IMG/VR virus record: IMGVR_UViG_3300033153_000868
Coordinates: 32,001 to 96,000 of that record
Source: a virus
DNA length: 64,000 nucleotides
Direction: 5' to 3' (one strand)
In this document: positions 9,316 to 17,123 of the stretch, one piece after another
How positions within the stretch are numbered: position 1 is the first letter of the stretch
How the letters are laid out: each line of letters starts with the position of its first letter
Program-made: the position numbers and the translations under genes
The notes under the pieces: generated by a model
The model's database searches: none
Told to the model about the DNA's origin: nothing
Seen by the model: the letters and a program-made list of their open reading frames with translations, nothing else

Positions 9316-9626
9316 TTAAAAAAGAATGGATGTTTATGGATAAAGCTGAAAAAAGAAAAGGAACTCCAGTATTCACTGGCGTATTAAAATATTTCCCGGA
9401 TGCTATTATGGAAATAGCACGTGTATCTTTACAGGGAAACAAACAACATCATCCTGATAAACCTCTTCATTGGGATCGTAATAAGTCTAATGATGATTAT
9501 GATGCATTAGCTAGACATCTAATTGATGCAGGCACAATTGATGATGATGGAATTAGGCACACCGCAAAGGTTGCTTGGCGTGCTCTTGCATGTTTACAAA
9601 AAGAACTAGAAGAAACTAGAGAATAA
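9312..9626 (+). CDS. DUF5664 / dATP-dGTP diphosphohydrolase N-terminal-like protein
   Basis: FPDAIMEIARVSLQGNKQH..W...DALARHL...HTAKVAWRALA pattern. Confidence 0.7.
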   Translation: MIKKEWMFMDKAEKRKGTPVFTGVLKYFPDAIMEIARVSLQGNKQHHPDKPLHWDRNKSNDDYDALARHLIDAGTIDDDGIRHTAKVAWRALACLQKELEETRE

Positions 9627-9656
9627 AAAAAGCCCGGAATTAACCGGGCTTTATTC
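9621..9656. terminator. Bidirectional terminator between the convergent replication and structural modules
   Basis: aaagcccgg-aattaa-ccgggcttt perfect stem; the flanking A-tract gives a U-tract on the - strand. Confidence 0.85.
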
Positions 9657-9670
9657 TAAAATATTACTAA

Positions 9671-12286
9671 TTATACTTTTTCATTTGAATAGAATCTAAT
9701 TTCAATATTACCTTGAAGGAGACCTTTTGTACTTGCTTTATTATCTTGTTCTAGAAAATCAATCTCAACTATCTGTGGTCCTATTGCAACAGGTGCTTGT
9801 CTAAAATATAGTTCTGCAGGATCAACTCCTTCTGTTATTGGGGATCTACCGCCTACTAAACACCATACTTTTTTAGTACGTGTAGCTTCACAAGCAGTTG
9901 CAGGATCACCTGGTGTATGAATAGTAAAATTATACTGACCAGTTTTTGGTAGAGTACAAGTAACTTGACAACCTGTTGTATTTTCTAACTCAGTCACTGT
10001 TATAGGAGAACCTTTTGGATGAGTCCATGTTGCAACATATGTTGTATAAGGTAAAGAGCCACCGCCTGATCCATTGCTAGCTGCAGTAATCTGACCTTGG
10101 GCATTTACTGTAATATCAGCATTTGTGTAATTTCCTGCAGTTACAGCAGTGTTGTCTAAGTCAACTGTTAATGTATCTGTTGCAGATACTGTAGTTGTTA
10201 AACCAACACCACCGGCAATTTTTGCCGTATTACCTGTTGTAATATCCTCAGAAGTTCCTAAATCACCACCAAGCTTCCAACCATTGTACTCTGCAGGTAT
10301 TGTTGGGAATGTCTGCAGTCTAAAAGTACCATCTATATATTGTGATGTAGTACCTTGAACGTTCCAATTAAGTTGTGTATCTGGACCACTTAAGTTAACT
10401 TCTGTTAAAGTCATTGCTACACCTGCACCGCTTGGCCATGATGTACTTAATGACTCAATACCTGAACTTGATTGAGCAAAATTAATTACAGTAGGGCTAA
10501 CATTGTTATCCATAGTAACACCTGGTCCTGTAAACTCAAACAATCCAGACTCAGTGGTATTACCTACTTTAATGCTATTTACAACATTAGTTGATATTGC
10601 ACTTATTGTTAGTGTTTTTTCACCACTTGGATCTGTATTAACTGAACCTGATAAACCTGAACCTATTGTTATTTTATCACTCCAATATCCTGCTACAGTA
10701 TCTGCTGCATCAATTTTAAACTTAACATCTTCTGATGCCGGTGGGATAGTAGGGAATGTTTCTAATTCACCTTCTCCATTTATATACTGTCCAGCTACTC
10801 CTTTAAAGTCTATAGTTAATTTAGGCGTTGTTGTCGGATCAGTTACAGTAAAATCAATTGAATTTGCTACAACTGGAGTTACTTCAGTTGAGATACTAGT
10901 TACTGTTCCTACATTACCTCCTGGGATTGTTGCCCAATTACCATCTTGTCTTAAGAATTGACCTGCAGTTCCTCCCGAAAGATTTAATTCTATTGTACCG
11001 TTTGATGTGATTGGAGAGCTTCCAACTTGGAAAGCTGCAATATCTGTACTTAAACCAACACTGGTTACAGTACCTCCACCACCTGATGCAATACCATAAA
11101 CAGTACCATCTATTTCTATAGAAGTTAAATCTACTGTAGGATTGCCTGGGTTACCAACTACTACAGAACCTGATCCTTCAACCCATGGTACATTAACAAC
11201 AAGTTGTTTTGCATCATTAAATTGAATTCCGTATGTTCTTTGATCTACATCTGATACAAGAGCTGCTGGTTGTGCTTGTATAACATCACTCCACAATTTA
11301 CCTGTTCCAGTAATTGTAGATGTCATTACTGGACTACTAGTTGCAGATGCTTTTATTGTAACTGTATCATTACCAGCATCAATCAAATCAATTCCAGTAC
11401 CTGCTTCTAGCAATACTTTACCTGCAATTGCACTATTTGAATCTAATAAACTTATAGCATAATTTGTTGTACCTGATACTTCTCCTTTTAGACTATAAGT
11501 GGTTTCTGCGGGCAAGGTAACCTTACTTGTAATTACTTGTGTTACGTGACCCCAATTATCTACTTTAACAACTCTAACAGCATCAAAACTGTCTCCAAAA
11601 TCTGGATCAACATTTTCATTAACAAAGTCTACTACTTGTTCATCATGATTAAATGTTACAGTATCTGTACCATTACCAATAGTTGTTATTTTATCACCAC
11701 CAACAAAGAACACCTTAGCGTCACAACCAACAGTAAATCCACCTTCTCCTCCTACAATCCATTTACATTCGCTTGCATTGTCTTTCCAAACTACAGTACC
11801 ATCTGGTTGAGCAATAAGGACTTGACCAGGTGTTCCTTCTGATTGATTAAAGTCTAAAACTTTTGATGCTAACCATATCTTATTTGATGGATCAGAAAAA
11901 CCTAAACTAACATTACCTGCTAATTCTGAGTCTTTTTTAACAAGAAGATTACCACTAACAGCAATTGTTGTATTAGCAGCATCTTGAGTCATAATGCTAT
12001 CCTTTAATGCTTTTAAACTACATACTCCATCTGTCTCAGTATAAACAGGCACATAACCTATATTTCCTGATCCATCTACAGTTCTAGTTAACCCCTTAGT
12101 TATTTCACATACTAAATCTTGACCTTTTATTACAAAAGGCTCCATTTTTGGAGAGTAAGATGTCCCAGTATTTAATGTACTGTTTTGCTTTCTTCCAAAT
12201 TCAAACCAGTCTGTTTTTAGATTAAGAGTTTTTTTGTCTTTGTTTCTTTGCAGTAGGTTTAAAACCTCTTGTATAAATACGCTCAT
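9671..12286 (-). CDS. Putative tail/head fibre protein
   Basis: 871 aa, G/T/S/V-rich; GTVTSV and G..GQ(F/Y)..G.....FPTIP repeats; AGNYTNADITVNAQGQITAASNG fibre motif. Confidence 0.65.
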   Translation of the reverse strand: MSVFIQEVLNLLQRNKDKKTLNLKTDWFEFGRKQNSTLNTGTSYSPKMEPFVIKGQDLVCEITKGLTRTVDGSGNIGYVPVYTETDGVCSLKALKDSIMTQDAANTTIAVSGNLLVKKDSELAGNVSLGFSDPSNKIWLASKVLDFNQSEGTPGQVLIAQPDGTVVWKDNASECKWIVGGEGGFTVGCDAKVFFVGGDKITTIGNGTDTVTFNHDEQVVDFVNENVDPDFGDSFDAVRVVKVDNWGHVTQVITSKVTLPAETTYSLKGEVSGTTNYAISLLDSNSAIAGKVLLEAGTGIDLIDAGNDTVTIKASATSSPVMTSTITGTGKLWSDVIQAQPAALVSDVDQRTYGIQFNDAKQLVVNVPWVEGSGSVVVGNPGNPTVDLTSIEIDGTVYGIASGGGGTVTSVGLSTDIAAFQVGSSPITSNGTIELNLSGGTAGQFLRQDGNWATIPGGNVGTVTSISTEVTPVVANSIDFTVTDPTTTPKLTIDFKGVAGQYINGEGELETFPTIPPASEDVKFKIDAADTVAGYWSDKITIGSGLSGSVNTDPSGEKTLTISAISTNVVNSIKVGNTTESGLFEFTGPGVTMDNNVSPTVINFAQSSSGIESLSTSWPSGAGVAMTLTEVNLSGPDTQLNWNVQGTTSQYIDGTFRLQTFPTIPAEYNGWKLGGDLGTSEDITTGNTAKIAGGVGLTTTVSATDTLTVDLDNTAVTAGNYTNADITVNAQGQITAASNGSGGGSLPYTTYVATWTHPKGSPITVTELENTTGCQVTCTLPKTGQYNFTIHTPGDPATACEATRTKKVWCLVGGRSPITEGVDPAELYFRQAPVAIGPQIVEIDFLEQDNKASTKGLLQGNIEIRFYSNEKV

Positions 12287-12298
12287 TTTTTTTTTTAT

Positions 12299-12643
12299 TT
12301 ATAGATACAGAGCAGACAGTTTAATATCTGCCTGTACCGTACATGTTATTGTTATATTTCCGTCAGCATCATTAAATGCATCAATTTCAAAAGGGCCTAA
12401 AAAACCCTCTTCACCAGCTGCTAAAGTTATAACAGCGTTTTCTTTAACTAATTTACCTAATGAAGGGTCTATTACTGTTGTTACCACTGGTACTACAGTA
12501 GCAGTTACTGATACACTGCTATCATTTTCTAAATGAAAAAACTGTGTTCCTGTATTAGCTAATTTATCACCTGCTAATGCTGGTGTTACTGTTGCAGGCT
12601 TTAAGCCCTGCTGTGTTATTCTTTGTGCAGTTAATGTTGCCAT
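12299..12643 (-). CDS. Putative virion structural protein (beta-rich)
   Basis: 114 aa, T/V/A-rich, within the structural operon. Confidence 0.5.
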   Translation of the reverse strand: MATLTAQRITQQGLKPATVTPALAGDKLANTGTQFFHLENDSSVSVTATVVPVVTTVIDPSLGKLVKENAVITLAAGEEGFLGPFEIDAFNDADGNITITCTVQADIKLSALYL

Positions 12644-12649
12644 GCTTTA

Positions 12650-12883
12650 TTATTTACAATACCCTCTTTTAAAAGCTTCAGACTGAACAGGTTCTTTTGC
12701 TCTAGTTGACTTTTGTGGAGGATTTAAATTAGTCTTTTTTGCTAATCTTATTCTTGCTTCAACTTTTTTCTTATTCTTAGCATTTTGCAATGCTTGTGGA
12801 ATAGACGTAGGGTTATAAACCCCATTAGTTGTTTCTCTTTTATAGCTTTCACCCTGCATAGGGAATGATATTTTCTTTGCCAT
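12650..12883 (-). CDS. Small basic hypothetical protein
   Basis: 77 aa, K/R-rich, tightly packed in the operon. Confidence 0.6.
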   Translation of the reverse strand: MAKKISFPMQGESYKRETTNGVYNPTSIPQALQNAKNKKKVEARIRLAKKTNLNPPQKSTRAKEPVQSEAFKRGYCK

Positions 12884-12885
12884 GA

Positions 12886-13155
12886 TTATTTCTTTTTAGA
12901 TTTCTTGTTGCTACCACCATATTGTAAAGCTCTCATGCTAGCAATATTTTTTTTGTCTTGTTCTGTTTTGAACTTAGGTCTAAAAAAAGTGCTTTCTTTA
13001 GCCTCTAATTCTTTTACAAGTTGAGCATCAGACTTATTTGGTAAGCTATCATATACATCAGTTACATCGCCACCAGCCATATAACCTTTTAGACCACCTC
13101 CTTTAGAGTATGCATCTATTTTCATTTTGTTTGTAATACCTTTCTTGTTTCCCAT
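12886..13155 (-). CDS. Small basic protein with xxxGG motifs
   Basis: 89 aa; YSKGG, YMAGG, LQYGG. Confidence 0.65.
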   Translation of the reverse strand: MGNKKGITNKMKIDAYSKGGGLKGYMAGGDVTDVYDSLPNKSDAQLVKELEAKESTFFRPKFKTEQDKKNIASMRALQYGGSNKKSKKK

Positions 13156-13157
13156 GA

Positions 13158-13358
13158 CTATTTTTTTACTTTTTTAGGGCCACCGTATTGTTTATAGTCT
13201 AATACTGAACCACCATTCATAAAACCTTTTAGTCCACCACCTTTAGCCATTGATTCCATTCCTGCTTTAGAAGGTGTAATGTCTCCATCTCCAGCACCTT
13301 TTGTAAATCCACCACCGTAAGTGTAGCTCATTCCTGCTTTTTTCATATTATTTGGCAT
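13158..13358 (-). CDS. Small basic protein with xxxGG motifs; paralogue of 12886..13155
   Basis: 66 aa; YTYGG, MAKGG, FMNGG, KQYGG; shares KGGGLKG(Y/F)MxGG with its neighbour. Confidence 0.65.
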   Translation of the reverse strand: MPNNMKKAGMSYTYGGGFTKGAGDGDITPSKAGMESMAKGGGLKGFMNGGSVLDYKQYGGPKKVKK

Positions 13359-13363
13359 AATTT

Positions 13364-13825
13364 CTATTTTTTAATTGTTGTATATTTTTCAAATCCACGT
13401 GACCCAAAATAAGCTACATAAATTGTAACTAATAAAGTCTTTAATAAATCAACCCAACTTTCATCTATATCAAATGCTATATTTAAAGAGTCAAGAATAA
13501 TATATAAAGATGTGATGACAGTTAAATATATTAATGTCATTGGTCTTGTATTTTTACTAAGCCATGAATCAGATTTCATATCAGACTCCCATCTTTTACT
13601 AACTTCTTGAAGTTCTATCTGATCTAATTCTAAAAGTTTCAAAGCTTTCTCTTTGTCTTCCGGTGGCATAACAGGATCTTTATCTATAAGATTCTTTACT
13701 ATACCAAGAACACCAGAGTCTGGTAATAAATCTCCTACTGTATCTACAATAGCAGAACCATTACCTAATAGGAACTTTCCTACTTTAGTATCTTTAAATT
13801 TCTTTTTAGGTTTTTTATCACTCAT
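13364..13825 (-). CDS. Holin-like protein (GTA_holin_3TM-like)
   Basis: RWESDMKSDSWLSKNTRP followed by two TM helices and YFGSRGFEK. Confidence 0.7.
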   Translation of the reverse strand: MSDKKPKKKFKDTKVGKFLLGNGSAIVDTVGDLLPDSGVLGIVKNLIDKDPVMPPEDKEKALKLLELDQIELQEVSKRWESDMKSDSWLSKNTRPMTLIYLTVITSLYIILDSLNIAFDIDESWVDLLKTLLVTIYVAYFGSRGFEKYTTIKK

Positions 13826-13834
13826 GTTTTTAAT

Positions 13835-14824
13835 TTAAGGGTATACTAATATTTCTAAAGGTGTATAAAGCAATTGACCATCTACATTTGACAATGATGA
13901 ACCAGCAAACGTTTGTAAAGAAAAGTCTTCATCACTTATACTATTTATATTAAATAGCTGAGGTCCTGACTTTCCTGTCTGTGATACTGTAATTGCAATT
14001 TTATTTACGTCAGCTACAGCTGGAGAAAAATCAAATTGATATGTTCCTGGCTGATCTCTACTTACACTTAATGTAAAATCTGTTGTGTTTTCTAATACAG
14101 TAATTACCGGATCATTATCGCCAGCTTGACTTAACAATGCTCTAAATACTTTTGGTGAAAAGTATGAAATACTTATTGTATCTCCTTTTGTTTGAACATC
14201 TATATCACCAGCACCAATTAAAGTTCTAAACCTTAATTGATCACCTATTTCACTTTCAAAAACCTCTTGACCTCCGCCTATATTAATTGCAGATGTTTGA
14301 TCACCACCACCTGTTGCATTAATGATCAGTGAACTACCATCATCACTTATATTTATATTAGAACCTGCAACTATAGATTTAAATCTCAGTGATTCACCAA
14401 CTTTATCTTTATATAAACCAAAGCCACGTCCTATATTTTCTGCAGTATTGGGTTCTCCATCAGTAGTTAATTCTATATAGTTATCATCTAATGATAAAGC
14501 CAGTTTTAAGTTAGATGATAAACTTTTAAGTGAGCGTAAATAAGATATGCATTCCCCTGTATCAGGGTCAGTTGTTGTTTTTTGAAATACACCTACTCCA
14601 GATTTTGTATTTTCTGGTGTATTTTTTATTTCACATGACGCAGCTTCAACCTTAAAGTCTTTTACTTTAATAAGCTTAACTGCTTTATAAGGAATTGGAG
14701 AAGCTACACCAGTCATATCAGGCTGTTCATTCCATTTTCCTAAAACAAGAACATCATCTTTTTCAGCAAGCTTTGAAAACTTACCTTGTCTAATTAAACT
14801 TAATATGTCAGTTAAAATATTCAT
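13835..14824 (-). CDS. Putative fibre/structural protein; shares terminal domains with 9671..12286
   Basis: 329 aa; internal NIGxG...LRF(K/R)(S/T) repeats; C-terminal ALLSQ..P..LENT..G.Y..EI..Y. Confidence 0.6.
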   Translation of the reverse strand: MNILTDILSLIRQGKFSKLAEKDDVLVLGKWNEQPDMTGVASPIPYKAVKLIKVKDFKVEAASCEIKNTPENTKSGVGVFQKTTTDPDTGECISYLRSLKSLSSNLKLALSLDDNYIELTTDGEPNTAENIGRGFGLYKDKVGESLRFKSIVAGSNINISDDGSSLIINATGGGDQTSAINIGGGQEVFESEIGDQLRFRTLIGAGDIDVQTKGDTISISYFSPKVFRALLSQAGDNDPVITVLENTTDFTLSVSRDQPGTYQFDFSPAVADVNKIAITVSQTGKSGPQLFNINSISDEDFSLQTFAGSSLSNVDGQLLYTPLEILVYP

Positions 14825-14827
14825 ACT

Positions 14828-15052
14828 TTATTTGCCATCATAGGTCCAACCACCCATTTTATATTTTTGTTTTTTATCTTTACCAGATCTATCTTGAACA
14901 ATTCTTTCTGCATTACCACCTTTTCTCATTTTTTCTACTACAGAACCTAGCATGATATCTTCTTCAGCAAGTTCACCACCTATTCTCATAAGTAGTTTAC
15001 TTTTCTGTCTTGTCATTTTTTGCTTTGGTAAGCAAGCTCTTTTTTTAGCCAT
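14828..15052 (-). CDS. Small basic protein with xxxGG motifs
   Basis: 74 aa; MRIGGE, MRKGG, YKMGG. Confidence 0.65.
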   Translation of the reverse strand: MAKKRACLPKQKMTRQKSKLLMRIGGELAEEDIMLGSVVEKMRKGGNAERIVQDRSGKDKKQKYKMGGWTYDGK

Positions 15053-15063
15053 TTTATTTAAAT

Positions 15064-15210
15064 TTATATGTCTAATGTAAACGTTACAAAAAACAGGTAT
15101 ACTTTCATTGTAGCATAATTAAACTCAGCATCTGGTTGTATAAACTCCCAACCCAATGCAAATCTATTGTGCGGCCAATGAAATGCTATTTCTAATTGCC
15201 AATCACCCAT
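15064..15210 (-). CDS. 48-aa hypothetical protein (not in ORF track)
   Basis: MGDWQLEIAFHWPHNRFALGWEFIQPDAEFNYATMKVYLFFVTFTLDI*; TAATG coupling with the upstream ORF. Confidence 0.6.
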   Translation of the reverse strand: MGDWQLEIAFHWPHNRFALGWEFIQPDAEFNYATMKVYLFFVTFTLDI

Positions 15211-15311
15211 TATATTTTACTTTTAGTTTTTTTACAAAGACCTTGACGGCAATGCCCTAAACAAACTTTACCTTTTGTAACCCATTGTATTAATAAACAA
15301 ATTTGTCTCAT
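15210..15311 (-). CDS. 33-aa Cys-rich basic peptide (not in ORF track)
   Basis: MRQICLLIQWVTKGKVCLGHCRQGLCKKTKSKI*; ATGA and TAATG overlaps with its neighbours. Confidence 0.55.
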   Translation of the reverse strand: MRQICLLIQWVTKGKVCLGHCRQGLCKKTKSKI

Positions 15312-15442
15312 CTTCCTTGTCCTTTATATTTTTTTTTATAGTTCTTACTTGTTTTTAAACTAGAACTTTTGCTTTTTGCATGAACCCCAGGTCTTTTTGA
15401 CTTTGAGGGTTTTTCATATACTGCTGCTTGTACTCTTGCCAT
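15308..15442 (-). CDS. 44-aa highly basic peptide ending YKGQGR (not in ORF track)
   Basis: MARVQAAVYEKPSKSKRPGVHAKSKSSSLKTSKNYKKKYKGQGR*; 14 K/R vs 1 acidic residue; resembles small phage proteins ending KxYRGQG. Confidence 0.7.
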   Translation of the reverse strand: MARVQAAVYEKPSKSKRPGVHAKSKSSSLKTSKNYKKKYKGQGR

Positions 15443-15444
15443 TA

Positions 15445-15696
15445 CTATGCTTTTTTACTAGATTTTCTTTTTCTAGTTTTACCAGCAGCAGCTTTAGGTA
15501 CATGAGCCAATTGATTACCAACCTCTTTAATTGCTTTACCTACATCAGATAATTCTTGTGCAGTAAGCTTATAGCGTTTTACAATTTCTAACAAGGTAGC
15601 ATGTGCTTTTTCATCTACTGTTGTTCTTGACCAAATAGCTCTCCAATAATCTTGTAAGCTATAAGTCCAAATAACATTTATAATTTTTTTAAACAT
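15445..15696 (-). CDS. Hypothetical protein with coiled-coil and basic tail
   Basis: Probable start is MFKKIINVIW at 15696; the track start at 15765 lies within the promoter region. Confidence 0.6.
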   Translation of the reverse strand: MFKKIINVIWTYSLQDYWRAIWSRTTVDEKAHATLLEIVKRYKLTAQELSDVGKAIKEVGNQLAHVPKAAAGKTRKRKSSKKA

Positions 15697-15725
15697 AATA
15701 TGTTTTTTAAAAGTACTATATGAAT

Positions 15726-15750
15726 AATATACAAATTTTGTCTCACTTAA
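15726..15750 (-). promoter_or_regulatory. Candidate phage late promoter, copy A
   Basis: - strand TTAAGTGAG-N9-GTATATT, 30 nt upstream of the 15696 start. Confidence 0.5.
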
Positions 15751-15800
15751 ACAACTGATTAACACATATAAATATTATCTTTGTCTAGTGTACTAATATC

Positions 15801-15825
15801 AATATACAAAATTTAACTAAGTTAA
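15801..15825 (-). promoter_or_regulatory. Candidate phage late promoter, copy B
   Basis: - strand TTAACTTAG-N9-GTATATT. Confidence 0.4.
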
Positions 15826-15835
15826 ATTACATATA

Positions 15836-15876
15836 ATATGAGATAAAAAGCAATAGTTCTCTTTTATATCTCATAT
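15836..15876. repeat. Imperfect inverted repeat in the divergent promoter region
   Basis: atatgagataaaaag ... cttttatatctcatat. Confidence 0.5.
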
Positions 15877-15957
15877 ACATTTAGTAAATTAAATATATCT
15901 AGTAGCCGCATTTTCTCTTGTAGATCATGGGGCTTTTTAATCCTTAATAATAACCTT

Positions 15958-16938
15958 ATGAACAAAGACATCTTTAAACCCAGAGTAAACATACTGCCTT
16001 ATGAGTATCCACAACTATTAGCATACAAAGACGCAATTAGGCATTCCTACTGGATAGATACAGAATTCAACTTTACAGAAGACATACAAGACTTTAAAGT
16101 CACTATATCAAAAGAAGAAAAAGATGTCATAAAAAAGACAATGCTTGCAATTGCTCAGATAGAAGTAAATGTAAAAACTTTTTGGGGAGATCTTTATAAA
16201 CGCATGCCTATCACAGAAGTAGGTGATGTAGGCTTTACTTTTGCTGAGTCAGAAGTAAGGCACAAAGATGCTTATGCCAGGCTGCTTAGAATACTAGGAT
16301 TAGAAAAAGAATTTCAATCAGTAGTTGAGGTACCTGCAATAGAAGGTAGACTTAAGTACTTAAAGAAGTACTTGGATGGTACACGTTCTAGAGACAATAA
16401 AATGTATACTAAGTCTGTGCTGTTGTTCTCTTTATTTATAGAGCACGTAAGTCTATTTAGTCAGTTCTTGATTATGATGAGCTTTAACAAAGAAAAAAAT
16501 GTACTTAAGGGTATATCTAATGTTGTTGAGGCTACTAGTAAAGAAGAAGAAATACATGGTAACTTTGGTGCTGAGATTATTAATATTATCAAAAAAGAAA
16601 ACCCTGAATGGTTTGACCAAGAGTTTGAAGACCTAATTGACTCAGCATGTAGAAAAGCATATAGAGCAGAGTGTGGAATACTTGATTGGATATTTGAGAA
16701 AGGGGAGCTTAGCTTCTTACCACAAAATACAATACAACATTTTATAAAAAACAGATTCAATAACTCTCTAGAAAAGATAGGCATGAAACCAATCTTTGAG
16801 GTAGATCAAGAAATATTAAAAGCAGTAGAATGGTTTGATATAGAGATCACCGGTACTAAAGAAGGAGACTTCTTTTACAAAAAGAGTGTTGACTATAACA
16901 AGAAAAGCAAAAGCATCACAGAAGATGATTTATTTTAA
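15958..16938 (+). CDS. nrdB: Ribonucleotide reductase class I beta subunit (class Id / NrdBi type)
   Basis: AIAQIEVNVKTFWG, ESEVRHKDAY, EHVSLFSQF, EEEIH, C-terminal ITEDDLF. Confidence 0.93.
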   Translation: MNKDIFKPRVNILPYEYPQLLAYKDAIRHSYWIDTEFNFTEDIQDFKVTISKEEKDVIKKTMLAIAQIEVNVKTFWGDLYKRMPITEVGDVGFTFAESEVRHKDAYARLLRILGLEKEFQSVVEVPAIEGRLKYLKKYLDGTRSRDNKMYTKSVLLFSLFIEHVSLFSQFLIMMSFNKEKNVLKGISNVVEATSKEEEIHGNFGAEIINIIKKENPEWFDQEFEDLIDSACRKAYRAECGILDWIFEKGELSFLPQNTIQHFIKNRFNNSLEKIGMKPIFEVDQEILKAVEWFDIEITGTKEGDFFYKKSVDYNKKSKSITEDDLF

Positions 16939-16949
16939 AAATAAAACCA

Positions 16950-17123
16950 ATGGAATATAATAAGTACTACTGGCTGAATGAAGACAGCCGCACATTTTTA
17001 TCAAGAGGGTATATATCAGAAAGCCCTGAACAAAGAATCAAAGACATTGCTATTAAAGCAGAAAAGTATTTGAATATAAAAGGCAAGAGGATTTTACTCT
17101 TTGTCTACTCCTGTATGGATTAA
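16950..17123 (+). pseudogene. nrdA: N-terminal fragment of NrdA, out of frame with the rest of the gene
   Basis: MEYNKYYWLNEDSRTFLSRGYISESPEQRIKDIAIKAEKYLNIKG resembles the start of flavobacterial NrdA; the frame switches at ~17082-17084. Confidence 0.8.

Noticed and set aside
6667-9626. Complete 2-aminoadenine (Z-genome) pathway
   Set aside because: No PurZ or DatZ in the window; MazG and DUF5664 alone are not diagnostic.
10149-12536. + strand ORFs (10149, 10503, 11537, 12234) opposite the fibre genes
   Set aside because: Antisense shadows of long - strand CDSs; no plausible starts or motifs.
15889-15905. NrdR-box-like sequence (aaatatatctagtag) upstream of nrdB
   Set aside because: Only a partial match, single copy, in very AT-rich DNA.
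17070-17100. Programmed ribosomal frameshift as the sole explanation for split nrdA
   Set aside because: About 9 otherwise conserved residues appear to be missing at the junction, which a frameshift alone would not explain, and there is no convincing slippery site.
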